Assembly (NCBI GenBank): GCA_903900025.1
Contig: CAIULN010000075.1
Location: forward strand, 12-64,011
DNA from: an uncultured Methanomicrobiales archaeon
GTDB taxonomy: Archaea > Halobacteriota > Methanomicrobia > Methanomicrobiales > Methanospirillaceae
Direction of reading: 5' to 3'
Length of the DNA stretch: 64,000 nucleotides
Shown here: piece by piece, positions 45,074 to 53,614 of the stretch
Numbering within the stretch: the stretch's first letter is position 1
How the letters are laid out: every line of letters starts with the position of its first letter
Position numbers and translations under genes: made by a program
Notes under the pieces: generated by a model
The model's database searches: none
Seen by the model: the letters and a program-made list of their open reading frames with translations, nothing else
Told to the model about the DNA's origin: nothing

Positions 45074-45760
45074 ATGCAGCTCCCGCGGGGGAAGTATCGC
45101 GCCATTAAAAAAGGGGTGCGGCTGGGAGAGATCTTTGAGGAGATGACAAAAACAAGGTTCTCTGGCATCTGTCTGTTCTCATCTGATACCATTAACGGCA
45201 CGGTGGTATTCAGGAACGGGATTGCTGTACTGGCAAAAGTCCAGAACCAGTACGGCGACAAGGCATGGGATGAGGCCGGCATGGTATGGGATCGTGTGAT
45301 CGATGCCGTCGTGTCTGACCTTGATAATGCCCAGATGCAGCTCGCACTCGAATTCAATAAAAAAGCCTATGTGCGTGACGGGAGCCACTCTCAGGCAGTC
45401 CCCGCAGTCCCGCCAAAAAAAGCCGAATCTCTTTTCCTGCAGCCGGAACCGGTAAAACGCCCCGCTGACCACCCGCACAAGCCAAAGGAGAAGGATTTTA
45501 TCAAGATTACCCCGGTGTCTCCCCCTGCTTCGGGTCCGCCTGCCGAATCGGGGAAAAAACCAGCCGCCGAACCTCCGCGTGGTATTGGCAAACCGCCCCA
45601 ACCGGATCTCAAGGACGTGGCAGAGTCAGAACGATCCATTGCCGAGAAGGAGCTGGACAATTTCGATTCCATGGACCTTGATGACGTAACACAGAAGATC
45701 CGCAAGGACTGCAAGATCATTTTAAAACAGCTTCAGCTGGATCATCTTACGGAAAAATAG
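45074..45760 (+). CDS. Uncharacterised protein: N-domain paralog B, Pro/Lys-rich linker, acidic C-terminus
   Basis: RFSGICLFSSDTINGTVVFRNGIAVLAKVQNQYGDKAWDEAGMV matches the pattern in 43796 and 49924. Linker PPKKAESLFLQPEPVKRPADHPHKPKEK...GKKPAAEPPRGIGKPPQP. Ends at TAG 45758-45760. Confidence 0.7.
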   Translation: MQLPRGKYRAIKKGVRLGEIFEEMTKTRFSGICLFSSDTINGTVVFRNGIAVLAKVQNQYGDKAWDEAGMVWDRVIDAVVSDLDNAQMQLALEFNKKAYVRDGSHSQAVPAVPPKKAESLFLQPEPVKRPADHPHKPKEKDFIKITPVSPPASGPPAESGKKPAAEPPRGIGKPPQPDLKDVAESERSIAEKELDNFDSMDLDDVTQKIRKDCKIILKQLQLDHLTEK

Positions 45761-45778
45761 CGTCTTGGAGGAGTTTTT

Positions 45779-46372
45779 ATCGAGTTCAACATTCTGGGTA
45801 TCACTGACATCACAACCGTCACTATTATCTGCATCATCATTGCACTGGTCATTATTTTTACGTGGTTCCAGATAAAAAAATTCAAAAGACAACGAGGGCG
45901 CATTATTGAAGAAACCCCTCCTGATGAAATATTCAGTCTTGTATCAAGAGTGAAATATCCCGTTCGTATGGCTCCGGAATCCGGGCAGGCACCCGGTGTC
46001 ACGACCGGAACTGCAGAATCCGTACCTGAACAAACCCCCAAAAAAATCGACCTCATCAAGAACCGTATTAATATCACCGAGAGCCTGCAGGCACTCGCGG
46101 AAAAATATTCGGTCCTGGAGATCACGCTCGGCACTGATGACGGGCTGGTCCTTGCTTCATCGGCCGTACGCGATGTTCAGCCCGATGCAGCAAAATTCAG
46201 CCAGACCTTCAGACAGCATGTGGCACCCGATGAGCCCGGTGTCTCCCTTTTCGAATTGTCGCACAAGGAAACGCACATGATCGGGATCATCAGGACGGAT
46301 AAAGAACTCCCCCAGACCTGGAAAAAAGAGATCGGGGAGGATACAAAAGGTATTTTACAGTGGTGGTTGTAA
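45779..46372 (+). CDS. Candidate TM-anchored Roadblock-like protein with a non-canonical or unresolved start
   Basis: The track calls GTG 45950, but the same frame is open from 45761 and encodes ILGITDITTVTIICIIIALVIIFTWF + KKFKRQRGR (TM helix with positive-inside flank). GGAGGAG at 45767-73 precedes an in-frame ATC at 45779. The C-terminal part (LEITLGTDDGLVLASSAV...) is Roadblock-like (tentative). Confidence 0.45.
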   Translation: MEFNILGITDITTVTIICIIIALVIIFTWFQIKKFKRQRGRIIEETPPDEIFSLVSRVKYPVRMAPESGQAPGVTTGTAESVPEQTPKKIDLIKNRINITESLQALAEKYSVLEITLGTDDGLVLASSAVRDVQPDAAKFSQTFRQHVAPDEPGVSLFELSHKETHMIGIIRTDKELPQTWKKEIGEDTKGILQWWL

Positions 46373-46445
46373 CTGAATTGTGAAGATAAATTGATAAATC
46401 ATATATAAATTTGATAAAAAATACACTTTACATTACAGGTGCTCA

Positions 46446-47231
46446 ATGGCCAAGGTATACACAATTGCGTCCGGTAAGGGGGGTACCGGCAAAACCACTG
46501 TTGCAGTCAATCTTGGCACGATGCTCTCGCAACTCGGTAAAGAGACCTTCCTCATGGACGCCGATATCGGGATGGCGAATGTCGGACTCATCCTTGGCCT
46601 CCAGGATGCACCGGTCACCCTCCATGAGATCCTTGCCGGTAAAGGCACTCTCGACGAGGCGATTTATGAAGGCCCTTCCGGTCTGAAAGTCGTTCCGAGC
46701 GGGTTGTCCCTCCAGGGGTTCCAGCAGGCAGACCCCGAGCGGATCCGGGATGTGATGGGCGATATTATCAAGCGGTGCGATTTTCTGTTGATTGACGCCC
46801 CCGCAGGGATCAGCAAGGACGGCGTCGTCCCCCTTGCAGTTGCTGATGAAGTCATTCTTGTCGTTAACCCTGAGCTCTCTTCAATTGTTGATGCCCTCAA
46901 GACCAAGATCCTGACGGAAGTTGTTGGCGGACAGGTGCTGGGTTCCATCATCAACCGCGTCGATCAGGATAAAATAGATGTCATCACCAGGAAGATGGAG
47001 AAGGTGCTGGGCGTGAAAGTGATCGGGCTCATTCCCGAAGATACCAACGTGCGCCGGGCAGCAGCGGCAAAGACGCCGGTTGTCATAAAATACCCAAGCT
47101 CCCCCGCATCCCTCGCATTCAAGCGAATTGCCTCGGGAATCCTCGGGGTTGCCTACCAGGAAGAGAAGGCAGGGGTGCAAAGGGAAGGATTTATCGACCG
47201 GTTCTCAAAAGCACTCTTCAAGAGAAAATAG
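46446..47231 (+). CDS. minD: MinD/ParA-family ATPase (archaeal MinD) with C-terminal amphipathic helix
   Basis: Deviant Walker A SGKGGTGKTT, DADIGMANV, DAPAG. C-terminal GFIDRFSKALFKRK looks like a membrane-targeting amphipathic helix. Confidence 0.9.
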   Translation: MAKVYTIASGKGGTGKTTVAVNLGTMLSQLGKETFLMDADIGMANVGLILGLQDAPVTLHEILAGKGTLDEAIYEGPSGLKVVPSGLSLQGFQQADPERIRDVMGDIIKRCDFLLIDAPAGISKDGVVPLAVADEVILVVNPELSSIVDALKTKILTEVVGGQVLGSIINRVDQDKIDVITRKMEKVLGVKVIGLIPEDTNVRRAAAAKTPVVIKYPSSPASLAFKRIASGILGVAYQEEKAGVQREGFIDRFSKALFKRK

Positions 47232-47517
47232 CCTTCTTTCATACCCCTCTTTTCATTCCGTTGAACCGCATGCCCAGGGGATATACTCACACGACCACTA
47301 TCACAGACGACGGCAGCATTGGATGGTCCCTTTCCCATTGAAACCCTACAGCGAACCCCTGGATGCCGCATCCTGGACACCCCGGCACAGAGCCCGCCGG
47401 AGGGTTATCCTTTCCATCAGGTAATTCATCCAGTAAATATTGGTCTTGCAGGGATTATTGAGCCCCCCAAAAAAAGGGGGAGGCGGGGGGTAAATCCGCA
47501 AAGTATTGGTCAAGGTA

Positions 47518-48309
47518 TCACGCGATAATTTTAGTCTGGACTTCTGTTTGCACCTTCTCCCGGATCTGGATGATGACTCCTGCAAGTATGTTCAGGTCAT
47601 CCGTGAGGGGGCGGGCAACCACGCTCACCGGTTTCTGCTTTCCGGACTTTGTAACCAGCACCGTGTTACCTTCGTAACTCACGGCAAGCATCTGCCGGAC
47701 GACATCGGACACCGGATCCTTCAGCTGTTCCCGGGTCTGTTCGTTGACGAGCTGAACGGTGGTTTTGAAAGGCTTCATCATCAGGTTATTTTCAGGCTGG
47801 TCAAGCAGTCTGCATGCAGACGGGTTGAAGAAGATGAGCCTTCCTTTTATGTCCGTGATGATCATCGATTCCGCCATTGTCATGATTTTTTTAGGGTCTC
47901 CGATACCGAACTTTTCGAGATACGGTTTATGGATGTTGTTCGTGTGCAGTGCAATCTCGATATTGGAGATCAGCTCCTTCTCGGTGAATGGTTTCAGGAT
48001 ATACCCGTAGGGTTCTGACGCTTTTGCACGTTCCAGCAGGCGCTCATCATACAGGCCGGTCAGGAATATGACGGGGAAATGAAACAACGAAAAGATATAC
48101 CGTGCCGCCGTGATGCCATCCATCATCCCGTTCAGGTTGATATCCATCAGCACGAGATCGGGGGTCGCCTCGGCAGATCTCAGCACCGCCTCTTCACCTG
48201 CCGAAACCTTTGCCGTGATGAGGTAGCCTTGCTTTTCAAGCATGAGGGTGATGAGATTTGCAATAATCTCATCATCCTCCACGATCATAATCCGGCTGCC
48301 GGGTGACAT
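47518..48309 (-). CDS. Response-regulator receiver domain protein with PAS-like C-terminal domain
   Basis: IMIVEDDEIIANLI...PDLVLMDINL...GYILKPF is a CheY-like receiver. The C-terminal ~120 aa is PAS-like (MAESMIITDIKGRLIFFNPSACRLL). No DNA-binding output domain and no kinase nearby. Confidence 0.85.
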   Translation of the reverse strand: MSPGSRIMIVEDDEIIANLITLMLEKQGYLITAKVSAGEEAVLRSAEATPDLVLMDINLNGMMDGITAARYIFSLFHFPVIFLTGLYDERLLERAKASEPYGYILKPFTEKELISNIEIALHTNNIHKPYLEKFGIGDPKKIMTMAESMIITDIKGRLIFFNPSACRLLDQPENNLMMKPFKTTVQLVNEQTREQLKDPVSDVVRQMLAVSYEGNTVLVTKSGKQKPVSVVARPLTDDLNILAGVIIQIREKVQTEVQTKIIA

Positions 48310-48373
48310 CGATATCAGTGCTTACCTTATATCTACTACTGTATCCTGAATAAAAAGATATTTTGGGACCCCA

Positions 48374-49501
48374 TCATTCGGGTTTTTCGGGTTTGTTGGT
48401 GATGGAAAAGACACAGTGTTCGTCGCCTTTTGACCGGCACTTGATCTCGCGGCCCTGGACCTTGATCCCGAAAGCACTCTCGACAATTCCTGCGAGGAGC
48501 CCGGCAGTACAGAAGCAGACATTCTTTCCGGTACTGCCGAATGCTTCTGATTCCACGGTGTGTTCAAGCGTCATCGTCTTTGTCTTTGCCGCTTCATTCC
48601 ACTCTGTTTTGATGATCCTGAACCACCCCATCTGTGAATAGAATGCAAATGCCATATCGGCAAGGATGTTGGGATTTGTTATGCCCATTTTCTTGTAATG
48701 CTCAACATTTTCCTTGCCCATATCTGTATATGCACGGTAGTTGACACCGCCCGCGGGCATCTCGCCCATCGTCTTTTTCAATGAATTCATCATGGAGGTG
48801 AAGATGAACCGCGGCATCATGACAACCGGGTCGTCGATCAGCTTGATCTTGCCCTCAAGAGGTTTATGTTCGATATATTCGGTGATCGCAGAGTCACCCC
48901 TGACGATTGCCTGTGCTTTAAACTTCCAGCTGGACTCCACCTGATCGGCAACAAACTCGCACACATCATCCCCCTTTGCATGGCACTTGGTATGGAGACA
49001 AAACCAGTTCTTGCCGGTAGCGGCGATAAGTATCCCCTCAATCCAGCCCTGGTGGATACCACAGACCGCCATATTCCAATCCTTCATGACCTGAGATTCA
49101 AAGGTCTGTTTCGCACGGATTATGATCCTTTTTTCACCCTGCTCAACAAGCTCAAACGGTGCCCCCCAACCCTGCTGGTGCTGGAGCTTGAAAACAAGCA
49201 TGAGGAAGTCTGCCGGTTTTAAGTCCATCCCGAATTTTTTCAACAGGTTCTGAAGTCCGACAGATCCCATGCCAACGGAGCGGAAGAGCTTGCGTACTGC
49301 CTGAACGGCAAGCTTCTTGTCGAGGTTGGCTTCATACATTTCATAGATGGCTTTCACAAGATAATTCGGGTTGCTTGCCGTCCTGACACCAAAAACCGAA
49401 TAGGTTCCGGCGGCAGGATCCATCTCGATATAGGGCATGATATCCTTTTCACCCTTGATAAGGGCTTCAAAATCCTCCCGCCCGATCTTCTTTTTATCCA
49501 T
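48374..49501 (-). CDS. Tandem V4R-domain protein
   Basis: 375 aa in two halves, each ending in the V4R-type C-x3-G-D-x2-C-x-F motif (CHAKGDDVCEF and CRSKGDEHCVF). Confidence 0.75.
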   Translation of the reverse strand: MDKKKIGREDFEALIKGEKDIMPYIEMDPAAGTYSVFGVRTASNPNYLVKAIYEMYEANLDKKLAVQAVRKLFRSVGMGSVGLQNLLKKFGMDLKPADFLMLVFKLQHQQGWGAPFELVEQGEKRIIIRAKQTFESQVMKDWNMAVCGIHQGWIEGILIAATGKNWFCLHTKCHAKGDDVCEFVADQVESSWKFKAQAIVRGDSAITEYIEHKPLEGKIKLIDDPVVMMPRFIFTSMMNSLKKTMGEMPAGGVNYRAYTDMGKENVEHYKKMGITNPNILADMAFAFYSQMGWFRIIKTEWNEAAKTKTMTLEHTVESEAFGSTGKNVCFCTAGLLAGIVESAFGIKVQGREIKCRSKGDEHCVFSITNKPEKPE

Positions 49502-49923
49502 GCTGATTAGCTCTGCAGTTCATTTACTAAAGTATTTCGTCTTGCGGTCAGTCAAAAAGCAGAGAATAACACCGAATGATTGTAGAACGACCACCACAAG
49601 GGCGGCCCGAATAAAAGAGAAAATGTACATTACCCCTTTTGGGGGTTGTCACCCGAACCCGATGGTCTGGGGGGAGAGGAAAGGATATTTTAGCAATATC
49701 TTTCTTTTGTTTACCTCCACCAATCAGGGATCCCTCATTATGTCGGAACAAAAAAGAGTTCAATGGTAAAATCTCTTGAATTATCTTTTGAAAGAACGAT
49801 TTCTTATGTAAAAATTTTTGGCTGTTGCCTGATATTTTAAAAATGTCTGTTGCACTGACCAACGGTTCGCGATGATCGTTATCCAATCAGCTGAAATAAC
49901 AAGGGAACGCGCGATTTTTTGTC

Positions 49924-50538
49924 TTATATCTCCAGCGGGATGGACGCATGTGATGCATCGAACTCGATCCGGTATTTCGTGATGACCAGCGTCTTGTCCT
50001 GAACGATGCAGTCATAGGTGCCGTATGCGACACGGAACCCGGCCGTACCATCATTTGTTGTGATATCGCTTCCAACGATCTTTCCGTCTTTTCGAAGCGA
50101 GACACGGATGCCGTTCTGCGGGACCCCCTCCTTTGCCAGCCCGATAGAAAGAACCCCGATGCCGCCACTTGGTCCCCCGATCTCGGGCACGTCGTAGGAG
50201 ATGCTCTTTTTTAATCGCTTCTTGTCAAAGATCCTGCTCCCCATGATGAGGGCTTCAACAAGTTCGGGTTTTATTTCAGTAAGCACGTACTTTTCTTTCT
50301 GGTCGACCATCAGCACTGCTGTGTCACCGAAAAGCACCCCCTTCTCATCGATATAGATGGCCCCTTCCGCTTCACCTGCCTGGAATGCGATATAGAGCTC
50401 CTTCCCGGCCCCCTTGACAATAGCAATTCCATGAACGAGGTGTGTTGCAGCAAACTGGAGCATTCCTGAGAGATCAAATGTCCCAAGGTACCGCGATCCT
50501 TTCAGGATATTGTCCAGCATCTCATGGATCTTCATCAT
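49924..50538 (-). CDS. Uncharacterised protein: N-domain paralog C plus beta-sandwich (carboxypeptidase-regulatory-like) C-domain
   Basis: LVHGIAIVKGAGKELYIAFQAGEAEGAIYIDEKGVLFGDTAVLMV matches the 43796/45074 N-domain pattern. The C-terminal GIRVSLRKDGKIVGSDITTNDGTAGFRVAYGTYDCIV looks like a CarboxypepD_reg-type fold. Confidence 0.65.
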   Translation of the reverse strand: MMKIHEMLDNILKGSRYLGTFDLSGMLQFAATHLVHGIAIVKGAGKELYIAFQAGEAEGAIYIDEKGVLFGDTAVLMVDQKEKYVLTEIKPELVEALIMGSRIFDKKRLKKSISYDVPEIGGPSGGIGVLSIGLAKEGVPQNGIRVSLRKDGKIVGSDITTNDGTAGFRVAYGTYDCIVQDKTLVITKYRIEFDASHASIPLEI

Positions 50539-50757
50539 GTGGCATCTCGCTTTGTCACTTTGTGTGGGGGTATGTTATGCCAATGAACACTCGGTCTTTT
50601 TTATTAATCGAATATTCGACACTTGCATAATATTAATGTGTGGATACGGTTCTGCAGGCACACGGTATCCGGACATTTATAAACCGTGAACAAAAAACGG
50701 CTTTTATCTGGTATCGCCAACCATAAGTGCTTTTAAAAAAAATGTTATACTTGATTT

Positions 50758-51942
50758 ATGATCCTGTATCCGATGGTAATCTCGGCGATCGCAGTCATAG
50801 CCACCCTGTTTTATGCCTCATACCTTGATATCAAGGATCGGCGGGTGCCATTTATTTTCTGGCTGCCAATGCTTTTCGCAGGTATCCTCTGTTCAGGGTA
50901 TCTTCTCTGGCAGATGACGGGGAACGCCAGCCTGATTGCCGGTTTCCTTGCACTTGTCACGAGCTTTCTCTATGCGGACTACCTGAACAACAGGGGGAGA
51001 AAAGATTCTCTGGGCCTGGCATTTTATTACAAAGAGTCTTTGATGTGGTATTATCTTGCCGTTGTCCTTGTCCTGCCCGCCCTGTCATGGTTTGTCCTTG
51101 CGAAAAACCCTAATCTTTCGCTCGTCCCCTGGTATACAATGTTCGCGGGCATTTTTGCCTATGTGTCCTATAGAGAATACCGAGGCAGACCGGAAGAAAA
51201 GGAGGGATCGAAACGTATGAAAAAAGAGTCCAGCGTTGAGGGTGCGCTCAACCGCTGGTATTTTGTCCTGATCATCATCATTTTCGCAATTACCTCTGTT
51301 TCAATGCTTTTTGGCAATGGTTGGGGGACACCCGCATTGATCATCCTCCTTCTGGCTGTATTCTGTGGTGTTTTCTATATATTCTCTGAAATGAACTTCT
51401 TCGGGGGAGCGGATGCATGGGCACTTATTTTCATATCATTCTGTATCCCGGTATTTCCCTTTACCCCGCTTCTTGGCGATCCCCCTCTCGGGATCCCGTC
51501 GTTCTCCACCCTGATCAACGCCCTCATCCTGAACATGGCGGCACCGCTTGGCATCTTTGTAATCAATGTCATCAAAAAAAACCGTGCTCCGCTGATGTAT
51601 ATGTTCTTCGGGTTCCCGGTCAAGGGCGACAACATCAGGGAGTCCTGGGGTTTTGTCATGGAGGAGTTTGAAGAGAAGAATGGATTGGTCGGGCGCCGGT
51701 TTATCGGTTTCTGGGATTCAGTAAAGAGGATGTATTCCGGAGAGGGGCGTATTTACACAAAAGATTTGCGGGAGCATCCTGAAGATCATACAAGGGAACT
51801 GGCGCTCTACCGGAAAGCAGGAACGGTCTGGATCTCCTACGCAGTGCCCTTTATCATCCCGATCACTGCCGGCCTCATCACGGCTCTCATCTTTGGCGAT
51901 TTCCTCCTTGCGATCATGAAAATAGTCACAGGTGGCAGGTAA
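50758..51942 (+). CDS. A24-family aspartic prepilin/preflagellin-type signal peptidase, enlarged (EppA-like?)
   Basis: First catalytic-Asp block [13 protein letters not shown] (residues ~21-31) and second block [12 protein letters not shown] (Asp ~219). Multi-TM, 394 aa, with a soluble C-terminal region. Confidence 0.8.
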   Translation: MILYPMVISAIAVIATLFYASYLDIKDRRVPFIFWLPMLFAGILCSGYLLWQMTGNASLIAGFLALVTSFLYADYLNNRGRKDSLGLAFYYKESLMWYYLAVVLVLPALSWFVLAKNPNLSLVPWYTMFAGIFAYVSYREYRGRPEEKEGSKRMKKESSVEGALNRWYFVLIIIIFAITSVSMLFGNGWGTPALIILLLAVFCGVFYIFSEMNFFGGADAWALIFISFCIPVFPFTPLLGDPPLGIPSFSTLINALILNMAAPLGIFVINVIKKNRAPLMYMFFGFPVKGDNIRESWGFVMEEFEEKNGLVGRRFIGFWDSVKRMYSGEGRIYTKDLREHPEDHTRELALYRKAGTVWISYAVPFIIPITAGLITALIFGDFLLAIMKIVTGGR

Positions 51943-51943
51943 C

Positions 51944-52327
51944 ATGCTTGCACTGAAATATGAAGACGGATTGATCCCTGTTGTTGTGCAGGATAAAAAA
52001 AATGGCGATATCCTGATGGTTGCGTATGCAAACAAAGAGGCAGTCGAGCTCACGTATACAAGCGGGTTTGCCCACTATTACAGCCGGAGCAGGAAAAAAA
52101 TATGGAAGAAAGGGGAGGAGAGCGGGCATTTCCAGAAAGTCATGCGCATCCTCGTGGACTGTGACGGGGACTGCCTCGTCTACGAAGTGGAACAGACCGG
52201 CGCTGCATGCCACACCGGTTACCGGAGCTGCTTCTATCGCACCCTCGATGGCACCATTGTTTTAAAAAAGGTATTTGATCCCGACACGGTCTATAAAACA
52301 AAGCCCGGGCAAAAAGAGATCCCATGA
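51944..52327 (+). CDS. hisI: Phosphoribosyl-AMP cyclohydrolase
   Basis: [24 protein letters not shown]...[22 protein letters not shown]...[30 protein letters not shown] at 51944, directly after the peptidase stop. Confidence 0.9.
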   Translation: MLALKYEDGLIPVVVQDKKNGDILMVAYANKEAVELTYTSGFAHYYSRSRKKIWKKGEESGHFQKVMRILVDCDGDCLVYEVEQTGAACHTGYRSCFYRTLDGTIVLKKVFDPDTVYKTKPGQKEIP

Positions 52328-52481
52328 CTTTTTTTCCCCGTTGCGGCATTGTTCTCCCCCTTTAATTTCCGGACAGGAAAAAATCTGGACTGCGCTTGTA
52401 TGCAGCCCATCATGGGGCATGTAATTATTAAATATTTGTTTTCTCTACGTAATTTGTCCATCATATGGTGGGAGTCCTGAT

Positions 52482-52760
52482 ATGGTATTCGTTCCCGATC
52501 TGGTGTTGATATTAAATACGGTGCTCTGTGTGATCATCGTTATCCTTGGAATTCTCATCTACTTGCAGAAAGGTCATACGAGCGCCCTGCTCATTGGTAT
52601 TGCATTCGGGCTTTTTGCGATTCCCCCTATCTACACCCTCCTGGGCATTGCATCCAGCTGGGAAACCGCCATGATCACCGCCCGGACATCCGGCTACCTT
52701 CTGGTTATCGCGGGACTGTACCAGTTCCTCAACAGCAGGACTGAAAAGAGCAGGACCTGA
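52482..52760 (+). CDS. Small three-TM membrane protein, hypothetical
   Basis: 92-aa ORF with three hydrophobic segments and a GGTGGGAG Shine-Dalgarno-like element upstream. No family recognised. Confidence 0.45.
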   Translation: MVFVPDLVLILNTVLCVIIVILGILIYLQKGHTSALLIGIAFGLFAIPPIYTLLGIASSWETAMITARTSGYLLVIAGLYQFLNSRTEKSRT

Positions 52761-52917
52761 ACCTTTTTTTTTTGTTCTTTTAAGGATATGAATCATATGT
52801 GGCAGGGATACCCGGGGTAATCGCCGTATACCATACATGATGATTCGGTTCCGAACCTGCCTTGAACGGCAGAAAGAAAAGAAGGGGGGATCATGGTCGG
52901 CGGGTGTGCCGGTGGGA

Positions 52918-53346
52918 CTATTTTTTCATATATGTTTTAACATCGCGGTATGCCGGTTTACTGGGCATAACGGGATAATTGGTTGATTCGAGCTTGAAAA
53001 ACCGGTCCTGTTCCCGGTATTTCTGATGGATTCGCTGTTCAATTGTTTTGAGGAGGACCTCGTAATACTTACCGTTGCCCTCTGCATCATCAAGACCGAT
53101 CCTGTCCATGAGGGTGCTGACAAGCTCCTCGATCATATCCTTTGAAAAGATGGCCTGCAACCCTTCCTCATCATATCCCTGTGCGATCAGGATGAGGTCA
53201 TCGAGCGCAGACCTTGCCTGTTCGCGGATCGCGTCGTCAAACTGGTTCCTCTGGCTCTCGGAATAGGACTGCCGTCGTTTTTTTCGGGGTAGTCTGAGAT
53301 ACTCCCGCCGCGGTTCTGTCAGAAAGCCGGTCTTTTTTCCCGCCAT
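52918..53346 (-). CDS. Hypothetical protein (basic N-terminus, helical)
   Basis: 142-aa clean ORF in a gene-sized gap, with a TATA-like TTATATTAAATA upstream on the minus strand. No recognisable motif. Confidence 0.5.
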   Translation of the reverse strand: MAGKKTGFLTEPRREYLRLPRKKRRQSYSESQRNQFDDAIREQARSALDDLILIAQGYDEEGLQAIFSKDMIEELVSTLMDRIGLDDAEGNGKYYEVLLKTIEQRIHQKYREQDRFFKLESTNYPVMPSKPAYRDVKTYMKK

Positions 53347-53614
53347 GGTACTTATCCGGTGAACTATCAGATTATGCTTATATTAAATATTGCATTTTTA
53401 ATAAAACGATGGGCCGGGGGAAGGGGCCGGGAGGCCTGGCAGGTTTGCCTGTCCGTGATGCCCGATCAGGACTGACAAAACGAAGAGTTCCCCCGTATTT
53501 ATATAAATGTTTGCAGCACATACCAGTACCGTAGCAACGATGTTGGATCGTTGAACGAGAGGAATAGAATAGTGACCAATACCAGAGGAATAACAATACG
53601 GGAGCGAACTTTTT

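Noticed and set aside
45758-45760. TAG at the end of the 45074 gene as a pyrrolysine codon
   Set aside because: No pyl genes or Pyl-dependent methyltransferases are in the window, and the apparent lineage is not known to use Pyl. It is kept only as a minor alternative in the finding on the start-less TM segment.
47232-47517. 285-nt spacer between the convergent minD and receiver genes, containing a CCCCCC-A7-GGGGG hairpin
   Set aside because: It is probably just a shared terminator region. There are no repeats or ORFs, so it is not raised to a finding.
49548-49886. 112-codon minus-strand ORF in the AT-rich spacer
   Set aside because: The low-complexity Lys/Phe/Ile/Ser-rich translation arises from A/T runs, and there is no start context.
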